A stretch of 63,906 bases of DNA, the filler included, from Atractiella rhizophila (Eukaryota), in NCBI GenBank assembly GCA_021432655.1. It is 9 parts of 9 records of this genome, joined end to end, with 100 filler letters (N's around TTAATTAATTAA, not from the genome) between each part and the next. Parts side by side here need not be neighbours in the genome. Positions count along the whole stretch, not along the records: positions 1 to 7,801 come from MU272195.1; positions 7,902 to 15,674 come from MU272196.1; 7 more parts are not named here. The stretch is one strand, 5' to 3'. Below are positions 1 to 13,710 of this stretch, in pieces. The first letter of the stretch is position 1, and the number at the start of each line of letters is the position of its first letter. Both the position numbers and the translations under genes were made by a program. The notes under the pieces are model-generated. The model was not told the DNA's origin, ran no database searches, and saw only the letters and a program-made list of their open reading frames with translations.

Positions 1-3000
1 CATTTTGGCCAGACGATATCCCGTTTTGATTCAAGGGCCGACAGCAAGCGGCAAGACAAGTATCATCCAGTATCTCGCTACAGTCACAGGGCACCGTTTC
101 ATTAGAATCAACAATCACGAGCATACTGACCTACAAGAATACCTGGGGTCGTATATCTCGGATGCGGACAGTGGCAAGCTGAAATTTCAGGAAGGACTAC
201 TCGTCCAAGCGTTGCGTAATGGAGATTGGCTGGTGCTAGATGAACTCAATTTGGCTCCTACTGACGTTCTGGAAGCTCTCAACCGCCTTTTAGATGACAA
301 TCGAGAACTACTTATTCCCGAGACCCAGGAAATCGTCCGTCCACATCCCCATTTCATGCTGTTCGCCACACAAAATCCTCCTGGCCTTTACGGTGGACGC
401 AAAGTACTGTCAAGAGCATTTCGGAACCGCTTTCTAGAATTTCACTTTGATGAGGTGCCTCAGCATGAGCTCGTAGAAATCCTCAAGAAATCTTGTGACG
501 TTCCGCCAACCGCCGCCAAACAAATGGTTGAAGTGTTTGTGGAGCTTCAACGGTAAGCACTACTGTGAACAATGTTTCGGTTCTAAGTCACGACATTATG
601 CAGACGACGGCAGATGGCACGCGTTTTTGAGCAGAAACATTCTTTTGCGACCCTAAGAGACCTTTTTCGCTGGGCTCAACGAGAGCAACAAACACCACAA
701 AACTGGGCAGAGCACGGCTTCATGTTGATCGGTGAACGCGCACGCTCTATTGAAGATGCGGAGGTCATACGAACGGTTATTGAGGATGTGATGAAAGTCA
801 AGATCGATCGTGAACATCTATACACCGTTCAGCGAGCCAACGAAGTTATCACCCTCTCGGCGCTCCCTACTCAGCTTGCATGGACTCCTGCTATGAGGCG
901 ATTGTACATTCTCGTAGCGAATGCTGTTCAACGGGATGAACCAGTCTTGCTTGTTGGAGAAACGGGGACAGGGAAGACATCACTCTGCCAAGCCATTGCG
1001 CGAGCGCTGGGGCGCAACCTTCGGATTGTCGGATGCCATATGAATTCAGAAACGGCTGACTTTCTGGGGAGCCACCGACCGGTCCGCAATCGCGAGAGTT
1101 TCGAGCAAATTAGAACAGCAATCGCTTCCTTCATTACGGAAACAGGCCTTGATCCGTCAAATGACTTGTCGAGCGCGGACCGGTGTATTACTTTTATCGA
1201 GACCATTTTACACGATACCACACTCTCGCCGGAAGGTAGAGAGATGGCCATTCAGCTCAAACACCGACTTCATCGAGCTGTTGCTCTTTTCGAATGGCAC
1301 GATGGTCCTTTAGTACAGGCGATGAAGGAAGGCGACCTTCTTCTGCTAGACGAAATATCTTTAGCGGACGACTCTGTACTAGAACGTCTCAACAGCGTGT
1401 TGGAGCCATCACGATCCATGACGGTAACAGAGATGGGAGGCGACGACTTCAGTCATCTCCACGTAGTAGCATCACCTGGATTTAATATCCTTGCAACTAT
1501 GAATCCCGGTGGTGATTATGGTAAGAAAGAGCTTTCGCCCGCACTCAGGAATCGATTTACAGAGATTTGGGTCCCTTCGATGTCAGACACTGAAGACTTT
1601 CTCGAAGTGATGCAGGCGCGATCTTCCAATGAAGATATTTCTGCATACAGCACAGCTATTCTATCCTTCTTTCGCTGGTTTGAAACAGAATATGCGTTTT
1701 CTCAGAAAGCATTCGGCCTGCGTGACGCTCTAGCATGGATTGATTTTATGAAGGCGACGAAATCGAGTTTAGGGTTGCCACTCTCGTTCGTGCATGGCTG
1801 TTTGCTCATCTGCGTGGATGCGTTGCCAGCTTCTGTCAGTGATGAAGCAACACTCTCCTGTATACGAAAGGCTAGTTCCATGGTTGATTCATCCAATATC
1901 GAAATTGAGGCGACGCCAAGTGTTGTCTCCTCATCCGATTACTTTCAAGTTGGCCCGTTTCGCGTTGTCAAAGGGCGGGACGACACCCTGGTCTCCCAAT
2001 TCAGCTTTGTGGCACCTACCGCACGATCCAACACGTTAAAGCTGCTTCGGGCTTTGCAGATTTCCAAGCCAGTCTTGCTGGAAGGAGATCCAGGAGTTGG
2101 AAAGACCAGTTTGGTACTTGCTCTAGCTGCAGCCTGCGGTTATGAAGCCATCAGAATCAACCTATCAGATCAGACGGACCTTTCGGACCTCTTTGGAAGT
2201 GATTTACCCACGGAAGGTGGGGGGTTCTCGTGGAAAGATGCTCCTTTCCTGACGGCAATGAAAAATGGGAACTGGGTTTTGTTGGATGAGGTTTGGAACT
2301 TTTTTCGACATCAGATTGGCTCAAACCATTTTTCTCCGTATTAGATGAATCTTGCTCCTCAGACAGTACTTGAAGGCCTCAATTCCTGTTTGGATCATCG
2401 CGGGGAAGTTTACATCCCGGAACTAGATCGTAACTTCAGAAAACATCCTCAGTTCCGTATATTTGCTACTCAAAACCCTCTAGTTCAGGGCGGAGGGCGA
2501 AAAGGTCTTCCCAAATCTTACCTCAATCGCTTTACGAGCATTACCCTACAGGCCCTTACTGAACATGACACGGTAGCAATCGCTCACACGGTATGTCCTC
2601 GCATCGACATCTCTGTGCTCCAAAAGATGGCCTTAGTTAATGCGCAACTGGATATCGAAACTCGGGTTCGGCGTAGCTTTGGGCAGTTTGGCGCACCTTG
2701 GGAATTCAACCTGCGAGATACGTTAAGGTGGCTCCAACTTTTGCAATCTGTTGAGGAAGATTCGAGCACAGTGTTCGATGCTGCCAAAAAAGAGCTCCAA
2801 ACGCTTTACGTTCATCGATTTCGAACACGTCAGGATCGCGCAGCTGCTTCCGAACTTTTCGAAAAACTTCTTGGGATGGAAGATATAGGAACGACCACTA
2901 CCTTGTTCATTTCCGAGACATTTTTAGAGCTCGACGCAGGGCATCTAATGCCTAGACGTGAGCTTCCCATGAGCCACTCACCGTCTGCCTTCCCCATTCT

Positions 3001-6000
3001 CATTTCAGAATACCACGGAGAATATCGGAGTCTGGCGACTGCCATTGATCGTGGATGGTTGATTATTCTCCAAAGTTTATGTGAAGAGATTCGTTTGGGT
3101 GTAGTTCGAACGTTAGCATCGTTGAAAGGGAGCAGATTGCGGGAATTTGACATGAGTAGCTCCCAGGATACCATGGAACTCCTCGGGACTTTTGAGCAAG
3201 ATACTAAGCAAATCCGATTTCGACAGGCGATAGAGATGCTCAGTTGCACCGTTTCGGAGGCCGTGCACTCCGGTGTTGGTGGCGAACATATTATGGACGT
3301 AATCCCTCAGCTCCACTATCTTCTATTCAAGGCCGAAGGAACGAAATTGGATAGGGAGTGCGCACTAAACACCCTGCACGCCACAGAGAAGTGTTTACAG
3401 GACCAATCGACCTATACCTCCAAATTAGCCGCCATTCGCCAGAAGCTCCTCAGCCTGGATATCAAAAAGGGTTCCTTCGTCTGGAGAGACGGGAGCCTAG
3501 TGAGGTCAATGCTGTCTGGAGAGTGGCTTTTGTTGCGTAACGCCAACTTTTGTAGCCAGGCTGTTTTAGACCGTCTTAACTCTGTCTTCGAGATCAATGG
3601 TCGCTTGCAAGTGAACGAAAGAGGACCGGTTGAAGGCGAAGTAATAACAATCAACCCTCATCCGGACTTCAGAATGTTCCTCAGCCTTGACCCATCCAAA
3701 GGAGAGTTGTCTCGCGCCATGAGGAACCGAGGTATTGAGACATTCTTGGTTACTTCAGAGACACCGTTGGGATTTGGAAATGATACTGGATACCGGAACC
3801 TCTTATACGAGCCTTCTTTGACTTGGCTCACGAGATTATTTTCTCCGCTCGCTCCTAGTCCCTCAGTTATGTGGCATTGCGCTTCCTTGCAAAATAAACT
3901 GGCTAAAATCCCTCCGTCATATCATGGGATTGCCGCGAGGTTCGACTGTCACTTGTCCTCTGATAGGTCATTGGGTCAACTTCTATCCCGAGCAGTTGAT
4001 TGTGGGCTATATGCGAACGTCATGCGTACTGCTGAGACATTATCTCAGCGGCGCCACTTCGTCACTTACCGTGTAAGCTACTCTTCATTTCTAAAGTTGA
4101 GTCCGTATAACTTTGGCACAGCCTCTTGACAAAGCTGCGTTGCCCTTTCACTTCCTGCAAATATCAGATCCACACCTGGAAACCGTCGTTTCGGCACATT
4201 CCGCCGCCATCTACAATTTAGCATCTTGTCGACATTCTGCCGACTCTTCCTCCTTTGATGGGAAAAATACTTCTGGAGGGGATTACGTGCAGATGGTCAC
4301 AATTGCTCAAATGGACCTACAAGCACTGCTCATTGAGCTATGCGGGTTTAATTTTGAGACCCTTCAAACTGTGAGCCAATGTCCTACGTGACATTTTGAC
4401 TGATATTAGCTTCAGGACGTGACAGACTTGATCTTTTTTCTAGGAGCGTACAATCGTCATTTGATTGCTCTGGCAGCGCGCCATACTTTTGACCATGCGG
4501 CAGTGGCTGAAACACTGGAGTGGTTGACGAAATTGGTGCAGACATTTCCATCGGCTCTGAAGCCCTGGTCAGATCCAGTCGTGGCTAAGGTTAGGCGTGC
4601 GATCACACTTGTGAATCGCTTAAGTGGCAAGGGGTTCGAACTGTTCTGGAGAGGATTCAGCATTAGTGATAAAAGGCTATACGGGCTGAATAAAAATGTG
4701 ATCGTTTCCAGGATTCACACCACCAAGCTTGAAGGTTGGTTTTCCAAGGTATCCATTGTTGGCTGATAGTTTATTAGATATGAGCAACATCATTTCAGAA
4801 ATCTCGACGATCCTTTCTTCAGAATGTAGACAAGAAAGATCCGTGGGCATATTTGAGGTGAGTTGAACGTGGTGGCAGGGACACGCTGATAAAATACAGG
4901 CCCTAAACTCGGCCACCTCATACATCAACTCCGATTACAATCACTCAAGTCTTTATGAAGAGGTGGTTGGAATAGAGACTCAGATGCAGACAATTCTCGA
5001 CGTAGGTCGTCACCTTGGTCATTCCTACATGTTATTCACAAGAAAGTAGGGCACAAGCGTAGTACCATTTCTCAAGCACCTACTGAAAAGCAGTAATCAT
5101 ATTCCACTTTCCATTATCATCAACACTTCAAATCCAGCCTTGCAGGCAGCGGACACACTCCAGATGTTGTCCCAGACCTTCGAACATGCTTGTCACGGCC
5201 TGCAGGGAATCGGCATCAGTGTGAGCCCTTGTCCACGCCGTCGTTGTCGCTTGCATCCCCTTAATACTTCAGTAGACAAGAGAGTGGCAGCCACATTTGC
5301 TTCTACGGGCACAGATTTTGGCTTCTGTTGTGGGAATGAAGTGAGTTGCAGTGATCATCGTTTCTTTGTATTCTGACGAAAACAAGACCCGATGCTTCTC
5401 TGCAAGATCTTTCCCAAGTTCGGAAAGAAGCTCAGGGAGCGATGGATGTACAGCGATTACTTCGAAACTCCTTACAGCAGCACTCCAGACGGCTTCAGCT
5501 TGTCCGCCTTTTTTTTGCTTCCATTGATGCTGTGAGTTCCATTGGTTTCGTCCGGCCTTTATGCCAATCAGCTAGCAGATCCGCATTGTCATGGAATCTT
5601 CGATAGAGCTCGTGCAGCAACATCCGCAATCGACATTGACAGCCACATTGATTGTTAGTCGTCAGATCCTGGAGCGAGCTTCGACATCAGCAAACGAGGA
5701 GTATCGGACAGTATTTTGCTCGACATTGATGCCACAGGCTTATGCCTTGCTCGCTGCAGTGGAACAAGGAGAGTATGAAACCGAGCTTGGCAAGAGTATG
5801 GTAGCGCTTGCGCGAAGTTTCTGGCGCCTGCTCATTCCCAACTTCCCTGTGGATCCAGTGGCTGTAATTCTGCATCGTGGATCTTTCCTGGCGGATGAAA
5901 TTGCCGGTATCGATACCTCTACCCATGTCGATGCCGAGTCAAATGTTGTTTTCCCCGCACAAAGTACTCCGAGGATTGCCCTCCTCGAGCGATGGAATGA

Positions 6001-7801
6001 TCTTCTGAAGGTAGAGGCGGCGAGTCTTCCGGTTCCGCCAGTCTCCCGTCTCCCCCAACCAGCCCTTCTATTCGCGCTCTTCCAGGATCTGCACGGTTTT
6101 TCGAAGCATGTTCTGCATGTTGATCTCTCCAATGCACTTAGCCCTCCAGCATTGAACGACAACTCTTCGGAAATTAGTCGAAACCTATATGCATCTGTCC
6201 AGCTCTTTACCCAAAAGTTATCGCAAATTTATGGTTACTTTGACGATATCCTCCGGCCAATTTTCTTCTGCTTATCCATCCTTCAGCTTGGATTGTCGAT
6301 TGTCGGGAACGCTCCATCACGGAGTACTGCTCAGGTGCAAGAATTGGTCGAAAACATCCTCACGTTTCCCACGGTAGCAATTTCAATTGAGGATGTCGAT
6401 CTCCCCTCTCTTTCTGGCTTCCCTTTGATGGAATGGAATCTCTTCCGCCTCGGTTTATGCCTCAGACGCCAATGCAATTTGCCAATTGTGCTCGACAGAT
6501 CCACTATCTTATCAGCGTACACAATATTGCATTCTGAATGGTTGCGACTACAGGACATCCAAGAAAACGAGAAGCAATCGAAAGACAGCTTGTATAAAAT
6601 GAAAACTTACGACTATCTCGACAGTGAGAACGATGTGGATGGACAAGAGTTCCACGACCTCTTCCCTGCTTATGATGAATCGGACATAGATGAACCAATA
6701 CTTCCTACGCCTCGGAAAAGCATTTGGTGGTCTGAAATATGGACAATCCATAGCGCCTTGTTCCTTGGCCACCAATCACAAAAAGCAATGAGGATCTTAG
6801 AGGCCAGTCGAGACGCGATCTTGCAAACCGTGATCCAGAATTCAGCTGTAACTTTCGCCGACAGTTTGGATAATCTCAGTCTACCATATCAGACCACCAG
6901 ATTGCATCAATGGAGGAGGGCAATGGATGGATTGAATGATGAAACCCCTGATTTTTACTCTGAAGGTAACATTCGTGAAACGTCACGCGCCATTGCTTGC
7001 CTTCGACCACTTCGCCAACGCCTATCATCTCTTTTGGCAGAGTTTCCGGAGCAAGTCGTTCTCGAACATCTCAGAGATCGTTGTGATGACATTCTTCGTC
7101 TTTATATCGACACTCCAATCATGCGCATCTTAACGAAATTAGAGCAGTTGCTGCTTGATTTAGAAGACTGGGAAAAATACGCAGACAAGGCACACTCCTT
7201 GGAATACTTTCGTTCAGATCTGATCCAGCTTGTGTTGTCTTGGAGGCGTTTAGAATTGCAATCATGGTCTGCGCTGCTTTCAAAAGAGGAGAAGAATTTC
7301 AACGCAGACCTCAGCGACTGGTTCTTCAGATTTTACACTATCATGTCACCCGCCATGGAAAGCGATGTAGAGCCAACAAAGCGCCTGCGTGAGACCATAT
7401 CGCTGTTGCGTTCGTTTATTGCCGACAGCAACATTGGGCAGTACAAAGGACGACTTCGATTTCTGCTTTCCTTTTCAGCTATGATGACACAATTTCGCTC
7501 CGTACCAGAATTTCGGGTTTCGCCTGCACTTTCTGACGCCGTTAGCAATGTCGAGACATACTACAAACAGTTCTCCCCCAGTATAGAGACTGAAGTCAGC
7601 GCTGTCACACAAAGTTGTCAAGCAGAAATATCGAATGTTATCCTGTTGGCGAGCTGGAAGGATACCAATGTCTATGCGGTTCGAGACAGCGCCAAAAAGA
7701 GCCATTCTCAGCTCTACAGGCAGGTGCGCAAATACAGACGAGGACTACAGGCGCCATCCAATCAACTTTTCAGCTTTACACCAGAAGAAGAAGCGCAGAC
7801 C
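1..7801 (+). CDS. MDN1: Midasin (Rea1) AAA-ATPase, partial multi-exon gene (AAA3-AAA6 plus linker), truncated at both ends
   Basis: Successive Walker A motifs GPTASGKT, GETGTGKT, GDPGVGKT. Midasin motifs RINNHEHTDLQEYLGSY, LDELNLAPTDVLEALNRLLDDNRELLIPETQE, ATMNPGGDYGKKELSPALRNRFTEIW, PWEFNLRD, WRRLELQSW, LASWKDTNVYA. ORFs are joined by short GT-AG introns (e.g. about 553-603 and 2291-2344). Confidence 0.97.
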
Positions 7802-7901
7802 NNNNNNNNNNNNNNNNNNNNNNNNNNNNNNNNNNNNNNNNNNNNTTAATTAATTAANNNNNNNNNNNNNNNNNNNNNNNNNNNNNNNNNNNNNNNNNNN
7901 N
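7802..7901. other. Artificial scaffold linker N44-TTAATTAATTAA-N44; same linker at 15675-15774, 23533-23632, 31339-31438, 39145-39244, 46939-47038, 54710-54809, 62416-62515
   Basis: Identical 100-bp structure occurs 8 times. The 12-mer gives stop codons in all six frames, and genes are cut at several linker edges. Confidence 0.98.
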
Positions 7902-10900
7902 GCGGAGAATAATTGTTGTCCCAAGCTGAACCCCTGGCGCGGGGCTTGATCATAGAACTTAGTTGCCTTGAGGGCTGATGCCCAATGGCTCCTGCTTGAA
8001 CGCTCGCCTCATGTATCTTTTCCCGGTCGGATCTGTCCTGTGGAATCCAACTCCCGCCTCTCGACCCCTTCCAGCCACTTGGCCGCCCTGAGGTTGACAA
8101 AGGTGACGAAGCGTTCATGTTCGTAAGACCATGGTTCGGATTTACGTTTGAGTCGACATAAACGGCGTGACGTTCAGCTGTGACCGGTAAACTGCAGGGC
8201 ACGGTATTGTTAGCAATTAGCCCTTTGTTAGATATGTCGCTGCTGCGCTTAGGAGGATAAAGATTTCTTTGTTGGCCTGTTGTCAATGGCGCAGGCGTAG
8301 TAGACCCCACGGACGGTGGTAGTACGGGAGTGCTAGTTGATTTCGAAGAAAGAGAAGGTTTCGGAGGGAAGGAATTGTTGGACTGCTGCTTGCTCTGACT
8401 GCTAATACAATGTGTACGGCCGATATCGCTGCAGGATTCGTTGGCAGCGGCATCCACACTGGGATGATTGACAGAAGGTAGCTGCCCAGACGGTTCAGAA
8501 CTTTCCAAAGGACCGTTCGTCGTAGTGAGGACAGCATGAGTTCTGTCTTGTTTCTCGTGCAACCTGGCTGAACCAGGCTGTGCTAGCCTTGAATGCGGCA
8601 CTTTCGATTGACTAGTTGTATGAGTTACTGGGATGGACGCAACGATATTCGGCTGCTGATGTGCAGAGAGAGCTGTGATCCTTGAAGGTTCGTGAGGAGG
8701 AGAATTGCGCAATGTGGAGGGAGGTTTCGGTGTTGAATCTGCATTATCAGTAGATTTGATGGGTTCCATGCCAGCATGATGCTTGTCCGTACCGCGAGCC
8801 AAACTTGTTTCGCTCACAAAAGTCATGGTTGGAGGCTGGAGCATTGCTTGAGCTTTAAGCAGAGATTTGAGAAGGGAGTGCTTACACCTACAACCTCCTT
8901 TTGAGCGTTTTCTGTCGCCGATCCCGACGAAATGGACTGCAGATTCGATTGCATATTACTCTTAGGTGTGAGAGGGTCGGAACAATGCAGACCGTGGGTA
9001 CCGGCGTGATCGGCGTCACAGTTGTTTCTTGATTCCCTTCTTTCTTGCTCCTCGTGTTGGTGCCTCTATGGAAGGGTTTAATCACACGCATCGCCTTTAA
9101 AGAATGACCTACATATTCTCTTCTGCTTCGAGTACTCGTGATCTCTTCGTCCTTATCAGCACGACGAAACCGACCACTCTCATGCACCCTATCTGTGCCC
9201 CTGCTGGAATCCCTATGAGCACTGCGGTGGCGATAGTACTCTTCGGGAGACCTCTTTCTTTCATGTCGAGAAGATGTTCTTCTATCGCTTCCTACAGGAC
9301 GAGAAGGTGAGGGAGGATGGAACCATCTATCGTGCTCCCTTGAACGACGAACTGGCGAATCGTTGTAAAAATCAGGGGAATGCCGTCTGTCTCGCCCACG
9401 ATCCCTTGAATAACTTCTGGAGCGACGTCTCCGTCTCCGAGGCTGATCGTCATCTGAACGGTTTCGAGATCTGAAGCGAGTAGGAGACCGTCGATGCTCA
9501 GTGTCTCTCTCCCTTCGATCTCGACCTCTTTCTCTCGAACGACTCCGGTGGCTCCGCCTTTCCCTGCTTTCTCTTCTCCTCTCCCTCGACCTTCTCTCTG
9601 TCCTATCTTCCCTCTCCAGCTCCTCTCGCGACCTCTTCCGTTGCCTCTCTTCACGCTTTTCCTCCTGCTTCGCTGTTGAAGAACTAACAAAAGGCTTCGA
9701 TGCGACATCACCCTCTTCTTTCTTCGTCCTACGCAGTGATATCGGATTAATCAGTTCTGTCTCAACTTCCCGTTCTGAATGTTGCTCTACGTTCTGAGAC
9801 GTTAGCAAGGTCGTACCCACCTTCTCCGCACTCTGCTTCTCATCAACGGCGCCAATGGGAGAGGCACAACCATTCTCCGGAGAAGCGAGTTTGACAGGAG
9901 TCCGAATACTCGAGGAAGAAGGGAAGTCCTTTGGCTCTCCTGGGCCAGATGATAGTTTCGAATCGTCATTCGACGAAGCGATCGTGGAAACCGGCGGTAG
10001 TTCCTCAAGCTTTGGTTTAAGAGAGGTAGTCGATGCAACAAAGGGAGATCCAGTTGTTTGCGGCTTCGGAGGAGTAGTGACTGGTCGCGCTGAAGTGGGG
10101 GAAGAAGGCGGCCTGTTTGTGCTCCTTGGCTTCCCCTTTGCAAGTGCTGAAGGGAGGAGTCCTGCTGACGGTGGTTTCGTACTTGACGGTATCGATATCG
10201 ATATGGGGACGGATGGAGTGGATGAAGATTCTTTGAGAATGGAAGCGGGTTTGGTGACTTTCGGCGCAGATGCAGTAACGGTGAAACCGTAGGCGGAGAG
10301 GATGTCGGAGGTTTTTTCTTTCGGAGAGGGGTCGGTAGGATTCTTCTTCGGTGTAGAAAGTGGTATAAGCGTTAGTTCCCTTTCGCCTATCCCTCTCCCG
10401 ATGTCCTTCTCCTTTCCACCTGCTTTCTCTGCCATCCCTCCCATCAAATCCTCCTTCAACTTCACCTCAAGGCCGTGCTCTCCCAGGTTGGTCGCCTTCA
10501 CCCTCGCCTTCCTTGTTTCAGCGCCGAACCCCATCTTCACCTGCTCCACATCCACCTTCTCCTGTCTCCCCTTTCCTCCCGTAATAGCTGATGGCACATC
10601 CACAAAGTCCGAGTGCCTTTTCTCTCTCACCACCGATCCCTTCAACTCGTCATTCCTCCGTACCGCCATCCCATCCCCACTCCCACACGAAACATCATCG
10701 TAGACCATACGTTTCCTCATCCCCAATCGATTCAAGAGCGAAGGAGGTTTCCGATCTGTTATCGTTGGCTGTGACGGTTCCGAAAAAGCCACTGCTGGAA
10801 GATTGGAGGCTGTTGGATGTGGAAGACAAGGGAGTGGAGTCGGCACTTGTGGTTGAGAGTTTGTAGCTGGAGGGACACTCTTTGATGTTTGTGGCTCTTC

Positions 10901-11467
10901 CTCGCCTTCGTTCTCCCATCGTGAACGGATCATACCATTGCGACCGCGTCCAGATGATGGAGGAGCGATTGGCGTTTCGGAGCGGTGTGGTACCGTTCGC
11001 GGAGGTAGTAGAGGGGAGGCTTTAGCTTTGAGAGAGGTGGGATTGGACGGCATGGGTACTGCTGAATCACAAGTGGGAGGAGCAGCTGAAGAAACGGGCG
11101 GGAGTCTTGCTTGGAGAGACAGGGATGGCTTGGAAAGTGATGGTCCTGATATCGAGGCTTCAATGGACAAAGACGTAGCCGACGTCTGCGATGAATGGAC
11201 GGAGAGAGGCTCTGAGAGCTTGATCATGTTTGTGTTTGGAGCGAACACACGCGACGGTGTCGGCGACGGACTCGTCTCAGAATCTGAATCCTCGTCATAT
11301 TCAACCAGTGGAAGAACACCCGTCCGCGTTCCTATCCTCCCCAATAATGTACTCAAACCCAAAGACGAACCCGAATGCATACCTTTGCTCGCAGCAGAAC
11401 CCTTGATGTTTATACCCTGCGCCACAGAGGCGGAACCCTTGATATTCAGCCCATTACGGTTATCCAT
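7902..11467 (-). CDS. Large low-complexity Pro/Ser-rich protein with an Arg/Ser/Glu (RS/RE-like) block, 3' end truncated; function unknown
   Basis: 859-aa ORF 8888-11467 continues through probable introns (GTAGGT..CATAG near 9112-9066; GTAAGC near 8884) into the ORF that runs to the scaffold edge. Contains RSRSRERGRDRRE repeats. Confidence 0.7.
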
Positions 11468-11596
11468 AGCCTATCCTAGCTATTTCCTAGCTGCCCCAGG
11501 TGGAAGTGCAGGCGAGAATGTGCAAAGGTCGTTTGCTCACTCGTGATACTGCGGCGGTCGGGTCTACCACAACTCCACCAAGAACCAAGAACTAAA

Positions 11597-11948
11597 ATGA
11601 CCCGTGAGTGTTTTTCCCAGTCCAGCGACGCAAGAGACGCTGTCTGATGTATACGATATGTGCAGGCGGAAATCAGCGCGAGCTTGACCGCCAAAAGGCG
11701 CAAAAGAAGGCTGCCGAACATGCGAAGAAGCCGAAAGAGTCCAATTCGAAGTTGGCTTCGAAGAAAGAGGCTGATGCTGCCATCATGAGAGAGAAACAAG
11801 CTGTGAGTAGTTTCTCTTCCCCTTCATGTGCTCTTTTGGAGTGGATAGTTAGTTGGTGGAGGGAGACAAGCAACTGATTACTGTCTTTTGGTGGGAGCAG
11901 AAGGCGGCGGCAAAGCAGGAGGGTGAAGCCAAGGGAGGAGGGAAATAA
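11597..11948 (+). CDS. SERF / 4F5 family small EDRK-rich protein, 3 exons
   Basis: Spliced translation MT(R)GNQRELDRQKAQKKAAEHAKKPKESNSKLASKKEADAAIMREKQA-KAAAKQEGEAKGGGK* matches the MTRGNQRE..R / DA.IMREKQ signature. Both introns are GTGAGT..CAG. Confidence 0.92.
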
Positions 11949-11987
11949 CATTAGTGGGATGTGAGGAGAGGACGGAGGAGGTGAGAG

Positions 11988-12962
11988 NNNNNNNNNNNNN
12001 NNNNNNNNNNNNNNNNNNNNNNNNNNNNNNNNNNNNNNNNNNNNNNNNNNNNNNNNNNNNNNNNNNNNNNNNNNNNNNNNNNNNNNNNNNNNNNNNNNNN
12101 NNNNNNNNNNNNNNNNNNNNNNNNNNNNNNNNNNNNNNNNNNNNNNNNNNNNNNNNNNNNNNNNNNNNNNNNNNNNNNNNNNNNNNNNNNNNNNNNNNNN
12201 NNNNNNNNNNNNNNNNNNNNNNNNNNNNNNNNNNNNNNNNNNNNNNNNNNNNNNNNNNNNNNNNNNNNNNNNNNNNNNNNNNNNNNNNNNNNNNNNNNNN
12301 NNNNNNNNNNNNNNNNNNNNNNNNNNNNNNNNNNNNNNNNNNNNNNNNNNNNNNNNNNNNNNNNNNNNNNNNNNNNNNNNNNNNNNNNNNNNNNNNNNNN
12401 NNNNNNNNNNNNNNNNNNNNNNNNNNNNNNNNNNNNNNNNNNNNNNNNNNNNNNNNNNNNNNNNNNNNNNNNNNNNNNNNNNNNNNNNNNNNNNNNNNNN
12501 NNNNNNNNNNNNNNNNNNNNNNNNNNNNNNNNNNNNNNNNNNNNNNNNNNNNNNNNNNNNNNNNNNNNNNNNNNNNNNNNNNNNNNNNNNNNNNNNNNNN
12601 NNNNNNNNNNNNNNNNNNNNNNNNNNNNNNNNNNNNNNNNNNNNNNNNNNNNNNNNNNNNNNNNNNNNNNNNNNNNNNNNNNNNNNNNNNNNNNNNNNNN
12701 NNNNNNNNNNNNNNNNNNNNNNNNNNNNNNNNNNNNNNNNNNNNNNNNNNNNNNNNNNNNNNNNNNNNNNNNNNNNNNNNNNNNNNNNNNNNNNNNNNNN
12801 NNNNNNNNNNNNNNNNNNNNNNNNNNNNNNNNNNNNNNNNNNNNNNNNNNNNNNNNNNNNNNNNNNNNNNNNNNNNNNNNNNNNNNNNNNNNNNNNNNNN
12901 NNNNNNNNNNNNNNNNNNNNNNNNNNNNNNNNNNNNNNNNNNNNNNNNNNNNNNNNNNNNNN
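11988..12962. other. Intra-scaffold sequencing gap (others at 17521-18332 and 59348-59667)
   Basis: Runs of N without the TTAATTAATTAA tag. Confidence 0.97.
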
Positions 12963-13710
12963 ACTTGATCAGTCAGCGCGTTCGCCTCCAAAGTGCTGAT
13001 TCCGCTGAATCAGCGTCATGTCGCGTTCTGAATAGGAAGATTGCGCGGGGTACAAAAGATAATCAACATGGTTTTGCTGACCTCACCGCTGCTTCCTAGC
13101 TCAAGTATCCTAACATGCCTCGTACCGGCCCTATCCTAACTGCATGTCCTATAACCTGTGGCTCACAGGCTGTCTCTGGCATTGAATCTTCCGTGTCGCG
13201 TCGCCCTTCGCGTCCCAGCGGCACGCATAAATTATCGCCGTCCGACTCCGATATCCTTGTGACTCATCGCTTCTCAGCCTCTAACAATCGTCGCGTTTTT
13301 TCTTCCTCGTTCTCCATTCTTGTACGCGTTTCATTCTGCTCGCTCCACTGTTACTGTAATGCAAAGACCTCCACCATTTCCCTGCTCCACAAACCCAAGC
13401 TTCATTCCTGGTTTTGTGGAGTTCGGCAGAGACGGATGGTGCGCGGAGCTATCGCCGACGTCCGAGCGAAACTAGTTTGCTTCTCGCCCGCGCCGGGCTA
13501 TCGCGTCGTCGCCTTTAGAGCGAACAGAAAGCTTGTCAGCGCGCCGAAGCGCTGACTTCTCCACTTCCAGCGCGTCTTGCTAAGCAGAAATATAAAACCC
13601 TCGCCGCTTGGTTTTCATCCCTCAGACCCAGATCATCCAACAAGTTACCGAAGCAAACGCAAAAGCCAATCAATATCCTTATTGCAGTCAGTCAACACAG
13701 TATAGTGGCA

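Noticed and set aside
11951..13099. Long X-filled ORFs spanning N gaps (also 17456-18453 and 59268-60015)
   Set aside because: Artefacts of translating N runs.
12963..13600. Possible third reversed block after the first gap
   Set aside because: The native orientation has normal GAT/ATC usage, plausible promoter motifs and a TATA box leading into the cyclin gene; mirrored readings gave nothing recognisable.
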